Shown here one piece after another: positions 19,434 through 27,889 of a stretch of DNA of 64,000 nucleotides. A model generated the notes under the pieces. It saw only the letters and a program-made list of their open reading frames with translations. It did no database searches and was not told the origin of the DNA. Every line of letters begins with the position of its first letter. The first letter of the stretch is position 1. The translations under genes and the position numbers were made by a program. This DNA comes from Armatimonadota bacterium (GTDB lineage Bacteria; Armatimonadota; UBA5829; DTLH01): contig JBBRAE010000010.1 of assembly GCA_038207085.1 (NCBI GenBank), positions 23,661 through 87,660 on the forward strand, written 5' to 3'.

Positions 19434-19982
19434 CTATTCTTCAGGGGCGGGTTCCTCGGTACTTTCGGCGGCCGGAGCTTCCTCTGCAGGAGCTTCAGCG
19501 ACCTCGGTTTCAGGGGCAGCGGCTTCCTCCGTAGCGGGAGCCTCAGGGGCTTCAGGAGCCTCTTCTTCTGCAGCCGGGGCCTCAGCCTCGACAACAGGAG
19601 CCACCTCAGCAGGCGCTGGCGCCGGCGCGGGTGCAGGTGCGGGCCTGTTCGCTCGCTCCCTGGCCGCCTCGGCCTGGTGGTTCTCCTCCAGGGTGATCAG
19701 ATGTCGGAAAACATCTTCTCCGATCTTCATCATCCTGTCGACTTCTGCTACAACACCCGCCTCACCGCTGAAGTACATCAAAATATAGACGCCTTCGCGC
19801 TGACCCTTGACCTCGTAGGCCAAACGTCGTCTGTCCCACCGCTCAGCGGAAATTACCTCACCACCAGTTGCAGTCACGACTCCACGGTACTTATCCATGG
19901 TAGCCTGAATCTGCTCATCAGTGAAGCTGGGGTCGACGATGTAGAGTGTCTCGTACGTTCTTACGATACCTATCTCGTTCAC
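19434..19982 (-). CDS. rpsF: 30S ribosomal protein S6 with a long acidic Ala/Pro/Glu tail (start uncertain)
   Basis: RTYETLYIVDP...RRLAYEVK...EGVYIL...FRHLI. Confidence 0.95.
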   Translation of the reverse strand: MNEIGIVRTYETLYIVDPSFTDEQIQATMDKYRGVVTATGGEVISAERWDRRRLAYEVKGQREGVYILMYFSGEAGVVAEVDRMMKIGEDVFRHLITLEENHQAEAARERANRPAPAPAPAPAPAEVAPVVEAEAPAAEEEAPEAPEAPATEEAAAPETEVAEAPAEEAPAAESTEEPAPEE

Positions 19983-20030
19983 CTCCCTTCGGGCTAAATG
20001 GCCCCGGTTATGCCGGGGCAGGGAGGGCAA
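19975..20030 (-). promoter_or_regulatory. S6:S18 ribosomal protein autoregulatory leader
   Basis: CCUCCC-GCCCCGG(loop)CCGGGGC-...CCCG-AAGGGAGG hairpin that sequesters the rpsF SD and has an unpaired CCG motif. Confidence 0.75.
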
Positions 20031-20215
20031 TCGCGCGGATAGCCCGCGCCATAACCCTAATTGTGCGTCATTTGTTGAAATGACAGAGTATTATACCACC
20101 TCCCCAACAAACGAGCAAGATGTTTTTCGGAGCGTTATTTCGACAAATGTCCCTTTACTGCAACGTGTTTGCATGGTACACTGTCTTTACCACGTAATTT
20201 TGCGAGGATACTCTT

Positions 20216-20998
20216 TTGACCTCAAACCGCCGACCAAAAACCAGAAATAAGGGAGCATCGAAGCTCACAACATTCATCGCTATTGTGACGGTGGTGGTCG
20301 GGTTCAGCTACTTCAGCAGGTCCGAAGGGAAGACCAGGCACACCGCGACCCAGTACCACACAGCAGGGACACGGCTCATCAAGGTGATAGAGGTCGACCC
20401 CGCACTTGTCGACATCCGTGTGGCGCTTGCCAAGAAGGACGGAGTCTACGGCGAGTCGTTTTCAGATATGATGGCAAGACTTCACCCCACAGCCGCGATC
20501 AACGGCACGCTCTACGGCAAAGACATGCAGCCGCTTGGCGATGTGCTTGTAGACGGCAAGATCGAGGTGCGCGGCGGGTACAAAAACGCCCTTGCGATAG
20601 GCCGTGACGGCAAACCGACTATTCTCAGGCGCACCCGACGCACCCGTTTCCCGTGGTCGAACTACAAATACGGAGTAGCGTCTGGCCCAAGGCTCGTTCA
20701 CGGGGGGAAGATCATGCTTGACCCGGTGGGTGAAGGTTTTTCCAAGAGGAGTCTATCTATTGAGGCCTGGCGCTGCGGAGTGGGGCTTACAAAGTCCGGG
20801 CACGTAGTCCTCGTCACCGCAACCCGTAGCCTTACCCTTGATCAGTTCGCCCACGTGATGAAGGACCTCGGAAGCGTCGAAGCGATGAACCTCGACGGCG
20901 GCGGCGCGTGCGCGCTCTACCACCGCGGCACAACGCTCGTATCCCCCAACCTGCCAATGACGAACGTTATCACAGTATTTGAGAAGAGATCAAAGTAG
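20216..20998 (+). CDS. Phosphodiester glycosidase (NAGPA/DUF2233) family protein
   Basis: N-terminal TM helix; AAING, GPRLV and AMNLDGGG motifs. Confidence 0.85.
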   Translation: MTSNRRPKTRNKGASKLTTFIAIVTVVVGFSYFSRSEGKTRHTATQYHTAGTRLIKVIEVDPALVDIRVALAKKDGVYGESFSDMMARLHPTAAINGTLYGKDMQPLGDVLVDGKIEVRGGYKNALAIGRDGKPTILRRTRRTRFPWSNYKYGVASGPRLVHGGKIMLDPVGEGFSKRSLSIEAWRCGVGLTKSGHVVLVTATRSLTLDQFAHVMKDLGSVEAMNLDGGGACALYHRGTTLVSPNLPMTNVITVFEKRSK

Positions 20999-21018
20999 AA
21001 GAAAGCCCATACGTGGGT

Positions 21019-21044
21019 AAGGGGCCGGATAAATCCGACCCCTT
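21019..21044. terminator. Hairpin terminator between convergent genes
   Basis: AAGGGGCCGGAT-AA-ATCCGACCCCTT. Confidence 0.6.
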
Positions 21045-21064
21045 GCATTCGTAGCCGCTATAAT

Positions 21065-21271
21065 CTACCAGCGGTTTCGTCCGCCGGAGTTTCTATCGAA
21101 ACCACCACCGCCGCCGCCCTGGTCGGACTTCTGCGACTTGCGCACGTCCCGGCACGACTTACAACGGATTGGTTCGCTGAATCCGCGCTCGACGAAAAAT
21201 GTCTGCTCACCTGCAGTGAACGTAAATTCTCCGCCGCAATCGCGGCATACCAGCGTCTTGTCCTCGGCCAC
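21065..21271 (-). CDS. Zinc-ribbon (zf-trcl-like) small protein
   Basis: DKTLVCRDCGGEFTFTAGEQ.FF.ERGF.EP.RCKSCR; GTG start. Confidence 0.9.
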   Translation of the reverse strand: MAEDKTLVCRDCGGEFTFTAGEQTFFVERGFSEPIRCKSCRDVRKSQKSDQGGGGGGFDRNSGGRNRW

Positions 21272-21551
21272 TTGCTCACCCCCTGAACTGATTGTGAATA
21301 CCTAACACACCGGACAAAATCGGGCAAGTTCAGAGTGGGGGGTTGGCTCGTGTACCCTTGGGGACTTGTTACCTTCCGTTTCTCCATTTAAGCCCGAGCT
21401 AAAGGGATCTTAATCGACCATCGCCCTTCAGCACATCCGGCGGTCAAATCTATTATACCGCGTAATCAAGCAAATAAACATGCTTATTTTGCAGAAAAAG
21501 GAAAAAATAAAAAATAGGGAGCAAGCGAGAGGTTTGACTAGCTTCTGGAGT

Positions 21552-21706
21552 CTGTAGTACGTCCTAAGATTTGTGCAGCTCACCCTTCGAGAGCCTCAGG
21601 GGGATTGGTATTGGCTTGGGTGGATGTATGTGTGCGACCACCAATCTCTCAACTACAGACAAATCCAAAACCCATCACGTTGAGGCTCTCGAAACGTGCG
21701 CTCCAC
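21552..21706. repeat. REPIN-like dispersed element, copy 1
   Basis: CCCTTCGAGAGCCTCAGGG ... TGAGGCTCTCGAAACG inverted pair; its reverse complement matches 35586-35740. Confidence 0.8.
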
Positions 21707-21760
21707 CCAAACCCTCGACACAGGCCAATCTCCCCGTAGCTAATCCCAAGTCCCCAACAA

Positions 21761-22867
21761 TCAACCCCTGAGCCTATAAGGCTTATACGCACAGTAAGGC
21801 TCTTCGGTCAGGAAATTCCCCGTCTCCGCGAAAGCTCGAGCCCTGCAGCCGCCGCAGACACCCTTGAACTCGCACGGGCCGCACTTGCCTTCAAGCTTGT
21901 TCTCGTCGCGCAGCACCCTGAAGAGCTCCGAACCGTTCCATATCTGAGGAAACGGGGTCTGACGGACGTTGCCCGCGCTCACGGGAAGGTAGCCGCAGGG
22001 ATAGACGTCCCCCTTCTGGGAGACGAAGCACACCCCGGTGCCCGCAAGGCAGCCCTTGGTCATCGCCTCGAACCCGTGGGTCTCGGGGGTGATCTTGACC
22101 CCTTCCTGGGCCGCGCGCTGTCTCATAATCCTGAAGTAGTGCGGCGCGCAGGTGGCTTTGAGGCTGAGCGTCGTGGTCTTGGACTGATCGTAGAACCAGT
22201 TCAGAATCTCTTCGTACTGGGCCGGGGTGATCATCTCCTCTTCGGCTATCTCCTTGCCGCAGCCGGTCGGGACGAGCAGGAAAATGTGAAGGGCGACCGC
22301 GCCGATCCACTCGGCCAGCGCCTTGATCGATTCGATCTCGCTGAGATTGCGCTTGGTGATCGAGGTATTGATCTGAAACGGGATCCCCTCGGCCTTAACG
22401 TACTCTATGCCCTGGAGCGCCGCTTCAAACGCGCCCACCTGACCACGAAAGATGTCATGGGTGGCAGCCGACGCGCCGTCCAGGCTCACGCTGATGCGCT
22501 GGATGCCGGTTTTCTTCATACTGCGGGCAATCTCAGGGGTGAGGAGCGTGCCGTTTGTCGCGAGCACCATCTTGAGCCCAAGGTCCGTGCCGTGCTGTGC
22601 GATCTCGAAAATATCGGGCCGCACGAGAGGTTCGCCGCCAGAGATCACGATCACGGGCTTGGCAAAGCTTGCGATCGAGTCGAGCAGGTGCAGCGACTCA
22701 GGCGTCGTTAGGTCGTCGGGCGAGCGGAAACCGACCGCGGATGCCCTGCAGTGGATGCACTTCAGGTTGCACGCAGCCGTTGTCTCCCAAAATATCAAAC
22801 GGGGGATGAACTTGTCAGGCATCCCACCGGGCTTTGAGGCATGTTCGTGTGAAAGCTTATGTTCCAT
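21761..22867 (-). CDS. ahbD: Radical SAM/SPASM heme b synthase (AhbD/NirJ family)
   Basis: WETTAACNLKCIHCRASA; KATCAPHYFR; GCLAG...PCGY; SPASM CxxC-x5-C-x2-C. Confidence 0.8.
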   Translation of the reverse strand: MEHKLSHEHASKPGGMPDKFIPRLIFWETTAACNLKCIHCRASAVGFRSPDDLTTPESLHLLDSIASFAKPVIVISGGEPLVRPDIFEIAQHGTDLGLKMVLATNGTLLTPEIARSMKKTGIQRISVSLDGASAATHDIFRGQVGAFEAALQGIEYVKAEGIPFQINTSITKRNLSEIESIKALAEWIGAVALHIFLLVPTGCGKEIAEEEMITPAQYEEILNWFYDQSKTTTLSLKATCAPHYFRIMRQRAAQEGVKITPETHGFEAMTKGCLAGTGVCFVSQKGDVYPCGYLPVSAGNVRQTPFPQIWNGSELFRVLRDENKLEGKCGPCEFKGVCGGCRARAFAETGNFLTEEPYCAYKPYRLRG

Positions 22868-22969
22868 ACAAATAGAATACCTGTTTTCTTCAGATTGCTC
22901 AACCGGCCGACACCGGCAGAGCCTGTGCAGCGGCATATAACTAAATTACCCCGTAAAGAAGAGCCTGAA

Positions 22970-23971
22970 TCAAGTCATCAGCCGAGTAAGCCCGATAGTA
23001 ACAATCGCAAGAAAAACAGCGGCGACGCCGATCGCGATATACTCGTCGCGAGAGAGCCGAAAGTGCCTGTAGTTGGCGATGATGACGACCGGCCCCATCA
23101 GCACAAGCGCGGGCAATCCCATAGGGGGAAAGCCGGTGATGACCGAGAGCATCCCCAGTGTAAGCGCGGGGACTATCAGCCAAAACGTCCGCGCTGGGTT
23201 CATCTTCAGCCGGTAAACCGCGCCGAAGAACATCCCGAGGAATATAAAGTCCGCCGGGCCGATAGTCGCGATCGACCCAAAACCCGTAAGCGACGACGCC
23301 GTATCAGGCAGCGACACCGAAACCGCGCTCACTACGTGGGGGATCTTCTCAAGCGCCCTGGAGGTCGGGCCGACGAGCACCGTCCAAACGTCGATATAGG
23401 CCGCAAGCGCCCCAACTGGCAGCACGATGTTGGGATGGCGCAGGATCAGCGAGACAATGTAGCCAAACGCCGAGGCCGCGAATATCATAAAGAGGTTGGT
23501 CGCCGTGCGGACGCGACCGGCGGTTTGGTCAAAGACAAGCATCTTGAACCCTATGCTCGAAGGTCGAAGCTCGCCGGTCAGTTTAACCTTTTGGACCTTT
23601 GTCACGTGGCCTTTTTTGTCCCGGATGCTCTTGTGAAACGTGAGATCGGTCTTCTCTGGCCGCGGGCCGGGTTTCACCTTGACCGGGACAGGACCGTACC
23701 CCTTCACATCGTAGCGGGCATATCCAGATGTCGAAAACCCGATCACAGCCGCCCACCCCACAAGAGAGACAAGCATAACAGCGACCGCGACAGCGGGCCT
23801 TGGTGTGAGGCTCGCAAACCAGCGACTGATCCCGATCTGGACGACCATAAACGCGCCGATAAGCCCCGCAAGAGCCAAATACCCCGGCACCCGCAGATAC
23901 GGCGCGGCAAACATCAGGCCAAGATAGGTTGTGCAACTTAGAACCAGGTAGACGATTCGCCGGTCTTTCAT
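22970..23971 (-). CDS. Polytopic membrane protein with presenilin/signal-peptide-peptidase-like motifs
   Basis: About 9 TM segments; motifs YID, GPAD and PAL in that order. Start set at ATG 23971 (GGAGGGG SD). Confidence 0.7.
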   Translation of the reverse strand: MKDRRIVYLVLSCTTYLGLMFAAPYLRVPGYLALAGLIGAFMVVQIGISRWFASLTPRPAVAVAVMLVSLVGWAAVIGFSTSGYARYDVKGYGPVPVKVKPGPRPEKTDLTFHKSIRDKKGHVTKVQKVKLTGELRPSSIGFKMLVFDQTAGRVRTATNLFMIFAASAFGYIVSLILRHPNIVLPVGALAAYIDVWTVLVGPTSRALEKIPHVVSAVSVSLPDTASSLTGFGSIATIGPADFIFLGMFFGAVYRLKMNPARTFWLIVPALTLGMLSVITGFPPMGLPALVLMGPVVIIANYRHFRLSRDEYIAIGVAAVFLAIVTIGLTRLMT

Positions 23972-24098
23972 ATCCCCTCCGAGTGCTCGGGACTTTGACA
24001 ATATTATAGCACTATAATAGAATAGACGCGGATAGCGCTCGGCAGATAACGTCGAGACGGTGGCGCAGCTTTTTCTCGTTTGGCGGAGGTTTACATAA

Positions 24099-24674
24099 AT
24101 GTCGCAGTTGAAGATTGTCATCGCGGATGACGAGTCGATTATTCGGCTTGATCTAAAGAAGATGCTTGAGGATATGGGGCATATGGTTATCGGAGAGGCC
24201 TCCGATGGGCAGAAGGCGCTCGAAATCACTCGTGCGACCAAACCCGATGTGGCCCTGCTCGACATCAAAATGCCTGTGATGGACGGCCTCGACGCGGCAA
24301 AGATCATGAACGAGGAGAAGATCGCTCCGGTCGTTCTGCTCACCGCCTACAGCCAGCAGGACCTGATCGACCGCGCCAAAGAAGCCGGCGTCTACGCTTA
24401 CCTCGTCAAACCGTTCAAAGAAAGCGACCTGCTTCCGGCAATCGAGATCGCGATTTCGCGCTATCTTGAGGCCCAAGACCTCGAAGCCCAGCTCGGCGAC
24501 CTCACAACCAAGCTTGACACCCGAAAGATCGTCGACCGCGCCAAGGGGATACTGATGGACAAATACAACCTCCGCGAGACTGAAGCGTTCAGGCGCATTC
24601 AGCAGCAGAGCATGAACACCCGAAAGAGCATGCGCGAGATCGCAGAAGCTATAATTATAGCCCACGAAGTGTGA
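24099..24674 (+). CDS. ANTAR-domain response regulator (PdtaR/EutV type)
   Basis: Receiver domain (ADDE, DIKMP, KP) plus ANTAR (RKIVDRAKGILM...EAFRRIQQQSMNTRKSMREIAEAII). Confidence 0.95.
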   Translation: MSQLKIVIADDESIIRLDLKKMLEDMGHMVIGEASDGQKALEITRATKPDVALLDIKMPVMDGLDAAKIMNEEKIAPVVLLTAYSQQDLIDRAKEAGVYAYLVKPFKESDLLPAIEIAISRYLEAQDLEAQLGDLTTKLDTRKIVDRAKGILMDKYNLRETEAFRRIQQQSMNTRKSMREIAEAIIIAHEV

Positions 24675-24678
24675 AACT

Positions 24679-26358
24679 ATGGACAAATCCGCAACCAACA
24701 CACCAGACATCAACGAACTGCAGGCGAAGATAAAAGAGCTTGAGTCGAGGATCAAAGAAAAGGAACTCGAAACCTCAGCGCTGCGACAGATCGGGCAGGC
24801 AATGGGCTCGATGCTAAACGTCGAGGAGATGCTTCGGCAGGTCGCAGATATCGTCGTGCAGGTCACCGGGACCGACCTCTGCCTGATCTACCTGCTGAAC
24901 ACCGCGAAAGACGAGCTCATCCTGATGGCTGCGAGCAGACCATCAACCGGGGTCATCGGCAAGATTCGCTTGAAGGTCGGCGAAGGCATCACGGGCTGGG
25001 TAGCAAAAGAGCGTAAACACGTCGCCGTAGGGCGCGAGGCCTGGACCGATGCGCGCTTTAAGAGCGTCCCGGGGTTCCGCGAGGACGCCTATCACTCGAT
25101 GCTTTCCGTGCCTCTTCAGGGAAAAGACAGCCTGGTCGGCGTCATCAACGTGCGCACCAACCCGCCTCACGAGTACACCGAAACCCAGATCAACCTGCTC
25201 TACAGCATCGGCGACCAGATCGGCGGGGCGATCGGAAATTTCCAACAGTATCAGCGCATGGAGAAGCGCGCCAACCAGCTAACGACGCTCTCCGAGATCA
25301 GCAAGACGATCACAAGCGAGCTTTACTTAGAAGAGGTGCTGCAGCTCATCGTCGGTATGACGGCCGACAGCATGAACTTCAAGATTTGCTCGGTGATGCT
25401 CCTTGACGAGGAGAAAAACGAGCTAATTATCAAAGCCACGCAGAGCAAGAGCCGGGCTTATATAAAGAAACCGAACCTGAAGGTCGGCGAAAGCGTCGCG
25501 GGACGGGCGATATCCGAGGACACCCCTGTAACCGTCATGGATGTGCGCAAGACCCCCGAGTATCGTTTTCCCGATATCGCTCGGCGTGAGGGCCTGTGTT
25601 CCTTGATCGCGCTTCCGCTCAAGGTAAAGGGCAAGAGCATCGGCGTCCTCAACTGCTACACGGACAAACCCCACACCTTCACCGAAGAAGAAACGGCGCT
25701 TCTTTTGGCGCTTGCGAGCCATGCTGCAATCGCGATCGAGAACGCCAAGCTTATGGTGCGCTCGGCGATCATCCAGGAGATGCACCACCGGGTAAAAAAC
25801 AGCCTGCAAACAATCGCGAGCCTGCTTCGGCTTCAGATCCGCTACGGCAAGTTTGACTCGGTCGAGCAGGTGCTAAACGAGAGCATCAACCGAATCCTGG
25901 CGATCGCAGCCGTCCATGAGATGCTCTCAGGCGAGAACCTCGACAACGTGAGCATCAAGCACGTCGCCGACCGCATCATCGCCGCGACCGGCCAAAGCCT
26001 GGTTCCACCCGACAAGAAGATCGACATGGTAGTCTCAGGCGACGACATAATGCTTTCTTCCCGCAAGGCGACAAGCGTCGCATTGATCCTGAACGAGCTC
26101 GTGCAGAACGCGGTCGAGCACGGTTTCAAGACCGTAAACGAGGGCAAGATCGACATCACGATCAAGGGTGACGATGCAGAGGTGCGCCTGTCGGTAGTCA
26201 ACAACGGCGAGGCGCTTCCCCGTCACTTCGACCTCCGTCACCAGCGAAACCTCGGCCTGCAGATCGTCGAAAACCTAGTTCACGACGACCTGAACGGCTC
26301 GTTCGCGCTCCTCAGTGACCGAGGGCTGATCCGTGCGCAGGTGTCATTCCCGAAGTAG
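24679..26358 (+). CDS. Soluble GAF-GAF sensor histidine kinase, HisKA_2 type (PdtaS/EutW-like)
   Basis: EMHHRVKNSLQ H-box; LNELVQNAVEHG; two GAF domains. Confidence 0.93.
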   Translation: MDKSATNTPDINELQAKIKELESRIKEKELETSALRQIGQAMGSMLNVEEMLRQVADIVVQVTGTDLCLIYLLNTAKDELILMAASRPSTGVIGKIRLKVGEGITGWVAKERKHVAVGREAWTDARFKSVPGFREDAYHSMLSVPLQGKDSLVGVINVRTNPPHEYTETQINLLYSIGDQIGGAIGNFQQYQRMEKRANQLTTLSEISKTITSELYLEEVLQLIVGMTADSMNFKICSVMLLDEEKNELIIKATQSKSRAYIKKPNLKVGESVAGRAISEDTPVTVMDVRKTPEYRFPDIARREGLCSLIALPLKVKGKSIGVLNCYTDKPHTFTEEETALLLALASHAAIAIENAKLMVRSAIIQEMHHRVKNSLQTIASLLRLQIRYGKFDSVEQVLNESINRILAIAAVHEMLSGENLDNVSIKHVADRIIAATGQSLVPPDKKIDMVVSGDDIMLSSRKATSVALILNELVQNAVEHGFKTVNEGKIDITIKGDDAEVRLSVVNNGEALPRHFDLRHQRNLGLQIVENLVHDDLNGSFALLSDRGLIRAQVSFPK

Positions 26359-26366
26359 GTAGCAGA

Positions 26367-27089
26367 TTGAAAACCAAAATACCAAACACATCCACTTGCA
26401 CCGTATGCGCGAAACAGATGAGCGCCACCGAACTCTTCCCAGGAGCTCTGGTCAGGGATACGATCGCCAATGAGATACGCACAGACCACCCGGACTGGTC
26501 CGACACCAGTCTGATATGCCGCGACGATTTGGAGCACTACCGGGCTCTTTTCGTGCAGCACACCCTGGAACAGGAGAAAGGCGAACTCTCAGATTTGGAA
26601 ATTGAGGTCGTCCGCTCCATGCAAGAGCAGGAACTGCTGACAAAGAACCTCAACGAGCAGTTTGACAGCAACCTCACGTTCGGCCAACGCATAGCGGACA
26701 AGGTAGCTACATTCGGCGGAAGCTGGAACTTCATCATTTCATTCGGCATCGTGCTGGCGTTCTGGATAACGATGAACTCCATCGCTATGGTCCGCCATTT
26801 CGACCCGTTTCCCTTTATCCTGCTGAACCTGGTGCTCTCCTGCATCGCTGCAATGCAGGCTCCTGTGATTATGATGAGCCAGAACCGGCAAGAAACAAAA
26901 GACCGTCTACGCTCCGAGCACGACTACCAGGTGAACCTGAAAGCCGAGCTTGAGATACAGGGCCTGAGCGAAAAGATCGACCACCTTCTTCAGAAGCAGT
27001 GGCAAAGGCTGATGGATATACAGCAAATCCAGACCGACCTTATGCAAGACATAATGAATGATAACCACAATCACACAGGCGAGAAGTGA
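26367..27089 (+). CDS. DUF1003-domain membrane protein
   Basis: GQRIADKVATFGGSW...FDPFPFILLNLVLSCIAAMQAPVIMMSQNRQ. Confidence 0.92.
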   Translation: MKTKIPNTSTCTVCAKQMSATELFPGALVRDTIANEIRTDHPDWSDTSLICRDDLEHYRALFVQHTLEQEKGELSDLEIEVVRSMQEQELLTKNLNEQFDSNLTFGQRIADKVATFGGSWNFIISFGIVLAFWITMNSIAMVRHFDPFPFILLNLVLSCIAAMQAPVIMMSQNRQETKDRLRSEHDYQVNLKAELEIQGLSEKIDHLLQKQWQRLMDIQQIQTDLMQDIMNDNHNHTGEK

Positions 27090-27286
27090 TGAGCACACCA
27101 CTGGTCACCGAAAAAGACCGAGAAATGGCCCAGAAGTGCGTCGAGTGTCCGGTATGCTCCCACGCCAGACGCAAACAGGGGGGCATAATCTACTGGTTCG
27201 TCAAGCGAGTCGAGGGTGGAGTCTGCCCTTACTGCAAGGCCTACGAAAGAGTCTATGGGCGGAAGGCGCACGAGCCGGAGGGGTAG
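27089..27286 (+). CDS. Small protein with CxxCxxC and CxxC motifs
   Basis: CVECPVC...CPYCKAYERVYG; overlaps the upstream stop codon. Confidence 0.75.
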   Translation: MSTPLVTEKDREMAQKCVECPVCSHARRKQGGIIYWFVKRVEGGVCPYCKAYERVYGRKAHEPEG

Positions 27287-27287
27287 A

Positions 27288-27779
27288 ATGATCCACAATC
27301 AGCAGGGCGACCTCAAGAAGTCGTTCCCACGTTGGACGCGCGAAAGTCGAATACAGGGTACAGTGTTCTTTGGCGTGATGTTAGAGGTAATGTGTGTAAG
27401 CGCCTGGCTGCTGCCATTCCTTCTTCGGGGCCGGAACATACCGGTTGAACGAGCGGTAATTACCAGCGCTGGTGCTCCCATCGCGGCGCTCTTTTTGCAC
27501 TGGATTTCTGGACTGCAAAAGATCACCGTCTCAGACAAAGGCATCAAGATCGGAGACAGCGGACTTGTTCGTTGGCAGAGCATCGAAAGTATCGAAGAGG
27601 GATTGTCTCGACGGAAGCCCCCACGCAAGATGTTCACGATCAACTTCCGCAGGCGAAACATCCCGTGCAAACACGAGATCATCACCTATCCGGAAGTGAT
27701 GGACGAGATAATGGCCCTGATGGAGCACTTCATCCCGGAAAAGGTTCGACGTTCATCACCTGCTGCATCCGGAGAGTAG
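27288..27779 (+). CDS. Hypothetical membrane protein (two TM helices plus a soluble domain)
   Basis: ATG 1 nt after the upstream stop; two hydrophobic segments. Confidence 0.65.
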   Translation: MIHNQQGDLKKSFPRWTRESRIQGTVFFGVMLEVMCVSAWLLPFLLRGRNIPVERAVITSAGAPIAALFLHWISGLQKITVSDKGIKIGDSGLVRWQSIESIEEGLSRRKPPRKMFTINFRRRNIPCKHEIITYPEVMDEIMALMEHFIPEKVRRSSPAASGE

Positions 27780-27889
27780 ATTTCTCAGGCGAAACCTGTC
27801 GCGCGCGTCGTGCGATGTCGCGTTTGTCGCGATTCAGCAAGTGCGCATCGGGACGAGCCACCCCGCCCCGACGCGCTAACCGGCCTGAC

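Noticed and set aside
23972..24343. N-terminal extension of the 457-aa minus-strand ORF
   Set aside because: It is antisense to the response regulator; a good SD and ATG lie at 23971.
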